A stretch of DNA of 64,000 nt, taken from positions 46,378,001 to 46,442,000 of the forward strand of contig CM052817.1 in the NCBI GenBank assembly GCA_028534125.1, given 5' to 3'. The notes below the pieces were generated by a model, which saw only the letters and a list, made by a program, of their open reading frames with translations, was not told where the DNA came from and ran no database searches. Numbering within the stretch: the stretch's first letter is position 1; the number at the start of each line of letters is the position of its first letter. Source of the stretch: Lama glama. Its lineage: Eukaryota. Of this stretch, positions 25,580 to 39,062 are shown piece by piece. Position numbers and translations under genes: made by a program.

Positions 25580-28484
25580 CTGAGTATTCCTTTTGTTTCT
25601 TAACTGCATTCGCTTTCTCTCTTTCTAACTGGTGATTGTAAAATATCTTTCTGTTAGAACGTTTTATCAACCTCCTTCCTTTAGGGCCAGTGCCTTTCTC
25701 TTGCAAAGATGTCAGGTCAAGATGTAGTACAAACTTGTTTGATCATCTTCCTCTGATTGTCCCAAATTCACCAGCCCAAAATGTTATTCTACCCTTTTGA
25801 GGAAGTCCATGTTTTGTCGTACTTTTTCTGATCTTCAGGCATGGGACCTCTGCAACTTGTTCCAGGTGCAGAGACAGTAATAGTGTTCAGTGTAGAGGTG
25901 CCTCAGAATTATCTCCCTTAGAAAAAGAAGGTGGGGGGAATTTACTCACCTATATTCCCCAATATCTGCCAGTAGCACCAAGTGCCTTTCACTTCTGAGT
26001 GCTCCTGTGTCAGAGAAGTTCCAGGACATAAAGAGAGAGACATGGTGTGTAGTCAAGGCCAAGTGCTGCCAGGTTATACCTGCACAGAGCTGTTTACTAC
26101 ATAAATGGCTGAGAAGAGGGTGGACCAGGGCATGGGAGGCAAGACACAACCTAGTAAAATAATTACAAAGTATGGTAAGTAATATGAAAGTCCAGGGAAT
26201 GTATGGGGATGTTTTCCCTTGGTGAAAACGCACACACAAAAAGCATTCTGGTTGAATTTTTGTGGCAAAAATTATAATTTACTTGTTTTGATACAGAACG
26301 TATACCAGGAAGTAAGATAAGCACTGAGCTGGGCAAGAATCCCCCCGTGCAGTGTTCTGGCTGTCCTCACAGCCCACTTCTTGATATTCCTGCAGAGCTA
26401 CCTTTGGTCCCAGCTTGTTTTTCTCTGAGAATGTGGCCAAGCAAAGTAGCTTGTGGTGTTACTGGTCAAGTTCCTCATTCCCCTAATTTGATGGCTCACA
26501 GTGAGTCAACATGTGGTCCTTGCTGAGCCTTTAGGTAATACCCTGTCATCTCAATAGACTGCAGCTGCCTGCCCTTTAGTTGGTTTGGATCAGTGCCTGG
26601 GTGGCTTCTCTGTTGGCTGATGGCAAAGGGAGGGCAGCCAAGTTCATTACAGGCTAGAGATAAAGCTTGGGACTGCACTGTTGCTGGGAGGAAGCTGAGA
26701 GAAGCCAGAGAAGAGAAAGAAAGGCGTGGTCCTCCTTCCCGGCAGATAAGAAGTAGCACACTCAGAGATGGTCTAGGCTTGTAATCATGACTGTGTCAAA
26801 CCGAGTGACAAAGGGATGGTTACATGATGAATTGAACCTCCCAATGGCATTTTGAACAGGCAGCCTTTGTCGTCATTTCTGTGTTCTGGTGCGCAGGCCT
26901 GCCTGTTCATAAGAGCCAAGGGCAGGTATGATAGTTGTTCTGTTAGGGAACTTACAAACAGTACCCATTATAACTTCCTGAATTATGAGTCTTGATCCAA
27001 TTAAGAAAAGAAAATGTAAGTTAGATAAGAGACCAAAGTATCACCTTTACTCATAATAAAGCCGATATTAGAGACTGTGGTTTATAACCGTGTGTAGGTG
27101 AACTTCCTAACACTGATCCAAGAATCAGGCAGATGTACCTACCCGGTCACAAGCTGGGATGAAAAATCTCAGCCATCCCCCGGGGGGTAAATTTCACATA
27201 CAGCAGAGAGCAGAGTGGTGAGAAGGTGGCTACCCTGAGAAAGGTGAGGGGGAGACGTTCTGTTATACAAATCCTGTTAATTTATTAGAAACTCATCCAT
27301 TTAAATATGTCAGTTTTCCTCTCTGAAGCAGAGAGATCAGATGAGTTAACTTTCCAACACTCCTTCTTCTTCTCCATAGATAGATGCATAATGAGGGGGT
27401 ATAAGCAAGCTTATAGGTAAAATATCTGCTTTTCCTGAGCTGTACAACCTAGAGCTGAACCAGAATAGCCTCCTGTGATCTGTTCTTTGTGGGTAGATTT
27501 GGTGCCAGGTTCTTATCCTCCATACTGTGACTCATTCTGCTGCTGTAGATTTTGACTCCCCTGGGTCAGGATGAAGACTGATAAAGAAAGGATAACAAGG
27601 AAACTAACATTCATGAAAAAAATATTTTATACCCATCTTTTTATTGAATGAAGAAAATAGAGCTTTAAAGATGTTAGGATCCGTATTATATTTCAATGAT
27701 TCTAAGAAGCATCTTGTATCACATTTTAACATCCCGATATCACACTATGCTTACCACTAATGTGAAATAGATTATTTGACTGATTTTTCCCTTTCTAAGT
27801 GGTACATACAGCAGTGATGTCTTATAATCCGTGGTATCTTAGATTCAATAAGTAGCTAGTAAATGACAAGTCTAGAATGTGTCCCCTGGGTTGTGTGATT
27901 TCAAGCTTTAGATTATTTTTTGGCAACAACAGTCTTTCCCTGAAATACACAAGCAATGATGACAACACATGTTTCACGTTCTTTTCCCACATCATCTCAT
28001 ATGCTGTCATGCAGTTTGACATTCCCTCTTGCTTGACCCCATCTGTATAGAATTATGCTCCTTGGGAGCCAAATTCCTTCTTTCCCCGTGAACCAAGGCT
28101 ACTTAATAAGTTCTGTAAAGTAGACTGATGAAACTTGTTTGTTATCACAAGTTGAGCTAATGGTGATTGAATGTTCCAGCAGCTGGGTCTTGTTAGACGG
28201 AGAGTAAACTGGGGCTGTCACATCACTGTATGTAAACTCTGCTTAAGTGGAACGTAAGGGAAAAGACTTGGGAACTTTTTTTATTGCTCAAGACTAGTGC
28301 TTATTGCAATTGAGAAATGTGGGAAATAACTGAAATAATTGAGGTATTATGGTTGGTTTCTCAAGCAATACTTTGAAATCTTTTTCAATCAAATAAATCT
28401 GAAGTGTCTGTTTTGTGCGGAGCATGAACTAGTTGCTTCAGGGGATAAGCCATGCCACCTGCCATTAAGAATCTACATGATGGA

Positions 28485-28572
28485 GGGGGAGGGTGTGGCT
28501 CAGTGGTAGAGCACATGCCTAGCATGAATAAGGTCCTGGGTTCAATCCCCAGGTTCTCTTCTTAAAAAAAAA
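28485..28572 (+). mobile_element. Camelid SINE (Vic-1-like), first of a tandem pair
   Basis: ggggagggtgtggctcagtggtagagcacatgcctagcatg...gggttcaatcccc plus poly-A; flanked by aagaatctacatgatggag repeats. Confidence 0.85.
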
Positions 28573-28589
28573 AGAATCTACATGATGGA

Positions 28590-28698
28590 GGGTGAGGGTA
28601 ATGGCCCTAGTGGCAAAGCACATGCTTAGCATGCATGAGGTCCTGGGTTCAATCCCCAGGACCTCCATTAAACATATATATGTACAATTTTTAAAAAG
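28590..28698 (+). mobile_element. Camelid SINE (Vic-1-like), second of a tandem pair
   Basis: gggtgagggtaatggccctagtggcaaagcacatgcttagcatgcatgaggtcctgggttcaatcccc; TSD aagaatctacatga. Confidence 0.85.
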
Positions 28699-29789
28699 AA
28701 GAATCTACATGACATAAAAAGAGAAACACTGAATGCACTCACGACTAATGGGAGAGTAAGAGAGGGTCAGAGACATGAAGACCATTGTGGAAGCAATGGC
28801 AGAGCTTTGAAAACTTGGGAAAATTTTTCCCATGTAGATATGGGATTGAGACTTCTGATTTCCAGTAACGGCAAGCTAGATTACTTGGAACACATTTCCA
28901 CAGAAAATAAATTAAAATCGTAGATAAAACATTTTTTAAAAAAATCTTGTAAAATTTGAAGCATAAAAAAATCATTAGATCAAAATTTGAAGAAAATCCA
29001 GAACTCATAAATAAATGGAGCATGAAAGACACCTTGGTCCCTGAGGAGATTTACTAATTTCCCCAAATCTAAACTTGAATTTTGATCACCTACATATAAA
29101 GCCAATCTAATAGAGACTGCCTTCAGTAAGCTCCTAGCCCAGGAGACTGCATAGACAGGATGAAGAAGAACCAAGTATAGCAGCCCTCAACCATATTTTC
29201 TAGTGGATGATTAAGCCCAGGTAATATTAAACCTCAAATGTTAAGATGTAAAGTCGTCCTGGACTGGTAGCAATTTGGAGCACAAATCAGCTTGGAGAAA
29301 GGCGGTGAGCAGCATATGGTGTCCACCATCAAGTTCAATATACTTTATTGGTTGCTGGTAAGAATAAGACCACCTCAATGCAGAAACTGAGAATGTGTAA
29401 GGGTGTGAGTTGTGTGTGTGTGTGTGTGTGTGTTGGTGACACTATAAATTAACACTTTACTTGTAGCTATTACTTCTTTTTTTAAGCTGGTAACTTTAAT
29501 GATAAGGAATCTGCCTACATTTGTAATTTTCTCAAATTAAGATACTGGGTAAATATTTAAGTAAAACCAGTTTAAAGTTTTACCTGTATTACACATCTTT
29601 CCTGACATGAAATATTTTCTCTTATTCTGATAGTACTGTTTTGAGTACTATTTTTCTATCTTCAAAATACACTAATCATGGATCAATGTTCTTTGAGAAC
29701 TTGTAATCAAAAAAGCAACTTTTCTCAGAGGGTATGACAGACCATTTTCCTTCAATTATTTGGACAATTGTCAGCTGTCACATATTTGA

Positions 29790-30945
29790 GCATTCATGTT
29801 GGAGCCAGGGCCATTAGTCCTTTGAAATACAAGTAAAAAAAAAATACAAAGTTTTTCCTTTCCTTCAGTCTCCATGGCTGGATCAGCTTCAACTTTCTGA
29901 CCCCCGGAATGCTGGCATGTCCCCAAGTCCATCCTGTGTGACTGTTTCTCAATTTTATCTACAATCAAGACCTAGGTTAACCTACCCAGTTCCATAGCTT
30001 TAATTATCACTTGTGTGCAAATCTTGCACATCCAAGAAAGAACTTGAGTTACCCTCTGACACAAACTTACCTACTCCTCATCTTTGTTTGGTAAATGACA
30101 CCACCATTCAGTCAGTTACGAGGACCAAAACTATGATGCCTGTTTCGATGCTTCACTTCTTTTTTTACACCCTGGGTCAAATACATCAGCAAATCCTATT
30201 GATTCTATCTTCAGAATGTACCAGTCATTCAAGGTCTCTCGCTCCACCTACTGTTACCTCGTCAGTCCAAGCCACCATCACTGGCTGTAACGGCCACCAA
30301 GCTTGTCTCTCTGCCTCCAGTCTTGCTCTCCATCTTCACTGTCCATTCTCTACACTCTAGCCAGGGTGGTATTTTACAAGGAAACAAAATATTTCACACA
30401 CTTGCTCTCAGGCCTTCAGTGGCTTTTCACCTCCACCACATGGAAAATCTAGAATATTTTCCATGGCTGCGAAGTCCTTTATGTTAGTCCCTGGGTACCC
30501 CTTCAGCTTCATTTCCATGACACCTCCCTCCCATTTATTCCACTATTTCAAACTTTTTTGGTTATTCTCCCAGAACATGCCACTGAAGTTTCATTGCAGA
30601 AGTTCTACTCTGACAGGAATGTTCTCTCGCTAGATAGTCACATGACACGGTCTCTCATTTTATTCAGTTTTCAGTTTTCTGTTCAAATGTTCTCTCCTCA
30701 GAAAAGTCTTTATGGAACATCCTTGCCCATTTATTTTTCTTCCTTGCCCTATCTTATTTTTCTGATATAAATATCAAAGTATATCCTAATGTAACCAGCT
30801 ATTACATGATATATTGTCTTGTCTCCCCCACTAGGATATAAACTCCATGAAGACAGAGCTTTGCTATAGCCTCAGTTTCTAGAAATAGGCCAGGTAAATG
30901 GAAGCATTCAACACACACCTGTTGATTTATTAAATGAATGAACAA
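29790..30945 (+). mobile_element. Ancient L2 LINE fragment
   Basis: L2-like 3' text (atcagcaaatcctattgattcta...ctaggatataaactccatgaagacag) ending in ttaaatgaatgaa. Confidence 0.6.
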
Positions 30946-31220
30946 AAATATACGAGGCCCTTAGATTGCATGAAATGGAGTTTCCATTCATTAATAGATT
31001 TCAAGTTCGCTTGGTCCAAGGCAGTGAAAGACTCTATTTGGTCTTCATTTGTTAGAATTCGGCCTTGGAAACTGGTTAAATGTAAATAATTCTTTGTTCA
31101 CTCCTCATAACAAGGTGATTTTTCCCTTTACCCTGTTGTAACTCTTTGTGGACGTAATACCAATACCTACTTCATAAGATTGTTGTGGAGATTAAATCAC
31201 TTAACACGAAAAAATGTTAT

Positions 31221-31375
31221 GGGGGGGAGAAATAGGTCAGTGATAGAGTGCGGGCTTAACATGCATGCGTTCTTGGGTTCAATCCCCAGTACCTCCATTA
31301 AAAAAAAAAATTAAAAACAGGTAAATCAGCAAACCTAATTATCCCCTCCCCCGACAAAACAACAACAACAACAAC
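31221..31375 (+). mobile_element. Camelid SINE (Vic-1-like) nested in a MIR
   Basis: tcagtgatagagtgcgggcttaacatgcatgcgttcttgggttcaatccccagtacctcc plus tail; flanks have MIR core text (gattgttgtggagattaaat / ctggcatacagtacgtgttcaataagtgcta). Confidence 0.8.
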
Positions 31376-32649
31376 ATTATAAAGGTGGCTGGCATACAGT
31401 ACGTGTTCAATAAGTGCTAACTATTGCCATTACTATAACTGAAATCTGCCCTGTATTGGAGGATTGGAGTTATTTAGCTAAACTATGTTAACTGAAGTTT
31501 GTGCACCTTGGAACTGGAACCACGCAAAGCAAAGGCTGCTGGCATATTATGCTAATACTAATTACTGCATTGTTTACCAGAATCATGAGTCAAAAGAACA
31601 TGTTCTGTTATATCCATTTCATTCTTCATCGTCTAGATGTTGTGTCCGTATAACTGTGGAAGAGCTTTTTATGGTGGTTGGTTTTTTTGTCTTCACTATC
31701 TTACGTAAAGAGAAAACAACCTCACTGGGGTTTTAGAGGCAAGGCACTTGTGCTCTTTCCTTGTGAACCTGTCTCCCCTCGCGAGCTCCCTGGGAACGGT
31801 TACTGGGATGTCCAGCACTGGCATTTATAAGATGTAAATCAGCTGTTGGAGAGTTGCATATTGATTGCATATTGATTTTCCAGGTTTTAAAGCAATATTT
31901 CTCAATGTTATTGTTATTATTATTATTGCCCTCTCCCCTGCAAAGAGACCTTTTTAAACATGATTCTCCTAGTCAGTCCCTACTCCTTCATGACATTTTA
32001 AAACCACAGGAATATCTGTTCATGTACTGAGGCCCTTTGGGAAGTCATGACCAATGTAATGTCTAAGACTATTCTACCCTCCAACCATCAGTTCTTTCTC
32101 CCCTTAAGGGAAAAATCACCCTCATTGAGGCTGCATGTCTTAATGTAACTCCAGGTTGTTAGACTCAGTTCCCATTAGAAACATTTATAAATTTTAATCC
32201 GTATAAAGGAGAGACGTTGTCAATAGGAAAGTCAGATGGCGTGACATCCTATTATTTAAACAAATAAGCTGGAGACACACCTTCATGAAATACAGCTCCC
32301 AGTCAGAACCCCATCTGCTCAATAGAAAAAGGTCAACCTTCCCTCTAATTCTCTACCTTCTTGTAAATTTCTTCCCCTTATCGCAATGCCTTTGATTCTA
32401 CTGTTTTATTCATTCTGTGGGGAATTAAGGTTTATTTGGTTTCCAAAGCCCACTCCTTAGTAAGGGCCCATTTCCTCAAGCTCTCATATACCTTTCAAGT
32501 CTCAGCTCCTGTGTGGCCACCTCTCTGAACTACCTTTCCCCACCCCACCCCTGCCCTAGTCCTGGTTCTCTGGTCAGTTGTAGCTACTCTCGCTAAGCTC
32601 TCATTGCCACTGCCCTATTATTCTGAGTCCTCAGTGTACGTCCAGCTCC

Positions 32650-33990
32650 TTATAAAGCATCTCCGAAGACTGTGTGGAGCAACAGATGAGAGAGCAAGAT
32701 AAGGGTACCCAGGGTGCTGGCGAGGGTGGGTAGCCATTGTAAATAAGCTGATGGATAGGCTTAACTAAGAAGCTGACATTTTAACAAAGACTTGAAGTGA
32801 GGGCATTATCTGTGGGATTATCTGAAAGTGGTATACTCCCGTCAGAGGACACAGCTGGTGCAAAGGTCCTAAGGCAGGCATAGGTATGACTTGTTCAAGG
32901 ATCAACAAGCAGGCTGATCTGGCTAGGGAGAGAGGGCAGAGGGTACCTAGTAGAAGATGAGGTCTTATTGTTAGGGAGGGTATTATGGACTGAATGTGTG
33001 TAGATGCCCTCAAAATTCATATGTTGAATCCCAACCCCTAATATGACTGTACTGGGAGATGGTACATTTACAGAAGTGATTAGAGTTAATTGAGGTCATA
33101 AGGGTAGGACTCAGATCCAATAGGATTAGTGCCTTTATAAGAAGGGGCACCAGAGAGCTCATTTTCCTCTCTGCCTCTCTTCCTGCCATGTGAGGACACA
33201 GCAAGAAGGTGGCGATCAGCAAGCTGGGGAAGAACACTCTCACCAGAACCTGACCATGCTGGCTCTGACCCAGCCTCTCGAACTATGAAAAAATAAATTC
33301 CTGTTGTTTCAGCCACCAGTCTATGGTATTTTGTTATGGTAAACTAAGACAGCATGAGGTGGGGGGAATGGTGGAGAGCAGATGACATAAGGCCTTGTTG
33401 GCCATTGAAAGAACTTTGGGTTTTCTCTGAGTGAAATGATGGAATATGATTGGAAAATTTTGAGTAAAAGAATGACAATCCAATTTACATTTTTTAAAAC
33501 ACCATTATGGCTGCTGTTTTGAAATAGACTGTGAGAGTGGAGAGGGGCAAGGAGAGAAGCAGGAGGCTAGTCTGGAGATCATGGTATCTCCAGGTGTGAG
33601 ATAACGCTAGTCCAACCAGAGAGGGAGTAAGTGAGGGGGCGAGAAGTGGTCAAAGTCTATACATATTTTAAAGGTAGATTCTACAGGATTTTCTGGCAAA
33701 AAAAAAAAATGCAGTGTCTGGGTAAAGAGATTTTTGCTCTGAACATGTGGAAGGATGAAGTTGCCGTCGACTACAACGCCGAGAGTTGCAGGTAGATCAG
33801 TTTGTTGGGGATGATCAAATTCAATTTTGAGTGTTAACTTTGAGATGCCTAGTAGATATTCAAGGGAAGATGTTCAGTAGGAATTTAGATATGCAAGTCT
33901 GGAGTTCAGGAGAGGGCTCAAGGGTGGAGTTATAAGTTTGAGAGTCACTGGCACCTACGTGACATTCAAAGTCATGAGACTGGATGAAGT
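32650..33990 (-). mobile_element. L2 LINE fragment interrupted by an MLT1 LTR (32983-33351)
   Basis: L2 antisense text (gtgcaaaggtcctaaggcagg; gtctggagttcaggagagggc) and MaLR LTR tattatggactgaatgt...ctatggtattttgttatggtaaactaagaca. Confidence 0.65.
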
Positions 33991-34439
33991 CATCACGGTC
34001 TTCTTTTTTTCCTCTGCTTTCAATTTTGTCTTCTTCCTCTGCTCGTTCTGCTGCTTCTGCATTTTCTAGGGTCAGAACAGTGGTACAAGGATATAGAGGA
34101 AGAGGGGAAGAATTTTTTTTGTTGTTTTTTGGGGGGTTTTTTGGCTTAATTGGTACTGTCTGTAGTTCTTTCTGGCTGACACTGGCTGATTATGCATTTT
34201 ATTATAGCAGGCTATACATGTCAGCTTTTTATGGGTATGTTAGTTGGTTTCCCAGATCTATTCACACAAAATACTCTGTATATTTCCATTTCCTGATGGA
34301 GGGAGAGAGTGGGATGGGATACAGGCCCCACCCAACTTCTTATGAACCCCTTCCTCCAACTTCTGCTCCCAAGGCACTATACCCCCAGTTTCTTTATGCT
34401 GTTGTTTCCTTGATCTAACAGGAGACCCCTTTATAGTGT

Positions 34440-35690
34440 CCATTAAAGATGACTTGGGCCATTATACTTATAACTAAAATATATATACATGGGAAAATGG
34501 ACTGAAAGGAGGTACACTAAAATGATGGCCACAATTATGTTAATATAGTGGGACTTGGGTAATTACTTTCTCATCTATTACCTAAAATATATTATAATGT
34601 GGTTAAAAATATATTTTTCAGTAAAAAAATATATGTATATAGCATTTTTATATTCAAACATATATAGTATATTTGGTACACAAGTACGTATACAGCATTT
34701 TTTGTCTTAAATATATATGCATTAAATATGTACTTGTATATACAAGATAAAAATACTACATAAATAGTTTTTACTAAATATATGTACACACAAAGACACA
34801 CACAGACATCACTAGAGAAACATTTAATTAATTAACTATACTAGAAATAATACTTTTTCCATGAGGAAAAAACAAAAATAAAATGGAAAGTACAAAATAA
34901 ATATTTTTCAGAAAAATGTTTATTTTCTCAATGCATAAATATCTCTTACAAAAAATGATAAGCTCAATAAACAATACAAAAATCTTCCCTGAAAGTAAAA
35001 TATAAATGGCCAGGAAAAAAATTCAAAGAAGTCCAGTATTACTAAAAATTAAAGAAATACAGACTCAAAACAATGAAATGGCACTTTTTACCTGTCAGTC
35101 TGCCAAAAGTCAAAAAGTCTGATACATAGCACAATTACCAGGATGTTGAGAACTAAGCATTTTCATAGTTTAATAGAGAGTTTCAACTAGTGCAAATTCT
35201 TTGGAAATGTTTTGGCAATGCTTAGCAAAATGTAAAATGCACATCCCCTTTGGCTTAGAATTTCCCGTTCTCTGAATTTATCCTACAGATATACTTGAAT
35301 AACATATACATATACACAAAAAATACATAAATATTCACTCAACATGATTTACTTTATTAAGAAGATTAAGTCTGGAAACACTTAAATGTCCATCAGAATG
35401 GATTAGTAAACTAACTATGGTACATCCCTGCAATAAAACATTCTGCCTCTCCTCCCTATCCAGAATAAATAAGTAAATAGATGGACTGAAATGAAACAGT
35501 GTTTCCAACTTTGTGCTCAAATGTGCTGGTGCATACAGGGAACATTTCTGGGGATATACACTAAAATCATCACTTCTAGGGATGGAAATTAAAAAATAAT
35601 TTTTTCCCTTAAAAAAAAACTATATTACTCGTTACATTGCTTGAATTGTTACCATGTGCATGTTTTTTTTAAATAAATATTAACACGTGT
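34440..35690 (+). mobile_element. Degenerate ancient L1 (L1ME-like) 3' fragments
   Basis: AT-rich L1 ORF2-end/3'UTR motifs (aaatgtccatcag...actatggtacatcc). Confidence 0.5.
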
Positions 35691-36340
35691 ACTTATTTGT
35701 GATGTAAGTTTTGGCCTGTGGGTAAGGAATAGCAAATTGAATAAAATGATGTTACAGTAAACATGTGGACTTTTTTTTTTGACCAGATGGCCCTAGGAGC
35801 ATCATAATTTGAGTAACTCCAAGAGAACTGGAGTGGAGCTGTGCCCATTTAATGTGTTTTGAGGAAAATGTTACGAAAAATTGATAATTTTCATAAATAA
35901 TCTGGCTAATGCTCTTTCTTAATTACTGTCCTGCCTTATAGATGAGGGCCCCATCCCACCTAGTGAGATTTGCATTTTAAAATAATCTCTTTGCAGTGAA
36001 TAAGGCTGATGGGGACAGGACGGCCTGGAGACATGGAGGCCAGTTAGGAGGGTATTTTAGGGGTACAGGTGAAGTTTTGAGATGGCCCAAACTAAGGCAA
36101 TGGCAGAGGGAAGAGAGAGGAGGGCTCAGTGAGGGTTGAAACAGGTGTAGAAATGGCAGCACCTAGGGCCTGGTTGGATGCAAAGGCAGAGGGAGAAGGC
36201 CAGTGTGTGATGACCCTTGGTCCCTTCCTTGGCTTAGGCAACTGGATGAACTATAGTGCAACAAAATAGAAAAACAGCAGGTTTGGGGAGGATAATGAAT
36301 GCACCTTCTCCTCCTTGACCTCCTTGCCTATGAGTTTGGG

Positions 36341-36826
36341 TGTTACGGAAGTGACAGGCCAGCCAAGAAACAAGCACCACTCGGAGGGTTGGAGTACTCA
36401 GATGTATTACGCCGGCGGGCTCAGAGGGGCTTCTGCTCCAAAGCTCTGAGCACCTCCAAGACGTGCACATGAGGTTTTATAAGGTTAATTACAAATATGG
36501 GCTATTAGCCAATAAGGCTTAAACAACAAAAAAGCAAGGAATCAGTACACTGAAGCTTATTAATTCGGAACAGGTCACGTTACTGACACTTGTTGAGCTT
36601 GGATTTACGAGTTAGCTTGTTAGCCCAGTAAACTGACACTAAACTTCAGATTTACGAGTTAGCCAGGCAGAACTTTTATCAGTAAACCGACACTTACCAC
36701 ACTTAGATTTGTGACTTAGCTCGTTAGCCCAGCTGGGCTTTTCCTTCACATGGGCACAGTCATGGGTAAATGCGTGTTTCAGGGTCAGGGGGATGATGAA
36801 AGGTAGGGGGACAATTCGTTTCAACA
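36341..36826 (-). mobile_element. Solo ERV-type LTR with internal repeats
   Basis: TGTT...AACA termini, minus-strand TATAAAA and AATACA signals, CCAAT box, repeated gatttacgagttagc/ttagcccag units, CpG-rich. Confidence 0.6.
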
Positions 36827-38736
36827 GTGACAACGATCGATTCTCAAGGGAAGAGAAAAATCCTGGTGTGAGTAATGAGTTCTGAAAGGAGATTTGAATA
36901 AATTAAAATGATAACATATTTTTGTTGGCACGAAGAAGAAAATGCAGAAAACAGGCATTAGTCCAGACCAGAAAGGGGATTGGTAGAGCTGGCAAGAAGC
37001 AGCAGTCAGGATGTTTTAGACAGCCTGATAAATTACCATGTCATTGGGAAGAAATGCACCTCACCCAGAAATGCACAGAGGGTCTCTTTCTGGAGGTTGT
37101 ATGTCTCAGCATCCCACAGAATCTGGGTGTAACCAGGGTGGAGCTGGTCCTGCTAGCTTAAACGGAAGTAATGGTGATAACTGGGGTTAAAAAACCAAGA
37201 TTCCTGGCTTCATGCCTTGGCTCAGCCACTAGCTGGGTTTTATAATTGTTGGCAGTCACAGAAATTTGTGTTGATTTAAAAGCTTCCTCTGTGAAATGAG
37301 GTAAAACGTGAAGCAATTGTAATTTTGACAGCTTAGATAGACAAGGAGCAAGTACCCCAGCTTTGAAGGGTATGAGAAGGCATCCTGGAGGAAATGATAT
37401 ACAAACTAAGATCACTCTTCAGATTTTAGCTCCTTTGAATGTTAGATTAAGTGAAGAGTAAGGAGACAGGGCAAGGGAAACTGACCCAAGTAGAGGGAAC
37501 AGTTTAAATGAAAGCTTTAAGCCAAGAAATGAATACCTTCTGAAAGACTATTAGTAATTTGGTATGACTTTTAGAGCACAAATAGGTGCAAGGCATTCAC
37601 TTCTTCAGTCCTTTTAATCATCTTCTAAAGTAGATATTAATGTTGACATTTTACAGAAGAAGAAACTAGATCCGGGTTGGCTCCTGGCAGCCGTGTCTCT
37701 GTGATGTGTTCGTACATTCCTGTCCATAGTGGGGAGACCATCACGAGTGGGTGCCTGACTCAAACTGTGCCGACTAGACCCTTTCTCATGAAATTTGGAA
37801 TTTTATATTGCAAACTACTCTTGGTCTTGTACTCATGGTCCTGATATAGTTCCTTTACAGAGCTCCATCTCAGAGCTAACTGTTAGTACATAGCTTAATA
37901 ACATGATTGTTATTTTTGTCATGATCCACAGCAGTAAAACATGCCATCTGCTTTGGACAGTTTAGAGGCTTGGTCCATATAATGGTAGATGAGACAATGT
38001 GAATAGGTACCTTCAAATTGGCTTTATGAAATACTAATTGGGAAATGATTCTACAATTTTAATAATAATAAGGATAACACTTTATGATGTTTCATGCTTA
38101 CTTTCTATTATTTCCTCTCAACTATTTTGTGAGGGATGGAGATACTTTGTTTTGTTATTTTGTTTTTGCCATGTTTTCACATTTACAACAGAGAATAGAG
38201 AAGTTTAGATATTTGCTCAGAATCATAGCCCCCAGACCTCTGGACTTTTTGCCTAGGGCTCTTTCAGTATGTGCGGTCAGCTCTAAGGAACAATAGATTC
38301 CTCTGAGGAATTGTGTTTTTTCTTCCTGTCTTTGTTTTTCCCTCTCACATACACAGATACACACATGCAGTGATATAATCCTTTGGAGGTAACTGACAGT
38401 TCATAAAAACTCTCATCTTACTGAGAACTGCTCCTTCATTTAACAGTGATGGGTCCCAGATGGCCTTGTTTGCACCACTGCATTGTAACCACTGCCCCTT
38501 AGCCACAGTTAATTGGACCTGAACCAATATGGCCAATAAGGTCCTTTCTCTCAGAAACTGGCAATGGGATCTTAGGAAAAGTAAGTGACTTTTTGTGGAT
38601 GACTTGCCATTGAGGACAGAATAGCAGAGAGGAGGAAGAAAGAGAGAAACCTCAGGCAGGCAGACAGAGGCAAAGACACTATAGATGACAAGAGAGGGTC
38701 CTGAGGGTTCCAGTGCCCATAAACAGTCCCTTTCTG

Positions 38737-39062
38737 CTATGGACTAAATGTTTGTGTCCCTCGAAAATTTGTATGTTGAAACCTTAATCCCAGTTTAATG
38801 GTATTTGAAGGTGGAGCCTTTGGGAAGTAATTAGGTCATGAGGGTGGAGACTTTATGAACATAATTGTAAGAAAAGGCCAGAGAGCCAGCTCTCTCCACC
38901 ATGTGATGACACAGCAAGAAGGTGGTTATCTAGAAACCGGGAAAAGGGTCTTCACCAAAAACCTAGCCTTGCTAGCACCCTGACCTTGGACTCCTGGTCT
39001 CCAGAGTTGTTGTTTAGCCACCTAGTCCATTGTAACATAGCAGCCCCAACTGACAAAGACAC
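38737..39062 (+). mobile_element. MaLR LTR (MLT1A/MST-like)
   Basis: tgctatggactaaatgtttgtgtccc...tagcagccccaactgacaaagaca. Confidence 0.8.

Noticed and set aside
25018..25635. L1 ORF2 peptides as host genes
   Set aside because: Truncated, frameshifted retrotransposon fragments
25950..26150. Minus-strand exon-like segment with ag/gtgagt borders
   Set aside because: No recognisable homology or partner exons; cannot be supported without expression data
28467..28712. Repeat-spacer-repeat pattern suggesting a CRISPR array, and tRNA-like sequences
   Set aside because: Eukaryotic DNA; the repeats are TSDs and the spacers are tRNA-derived SINEs, not tRNA genes
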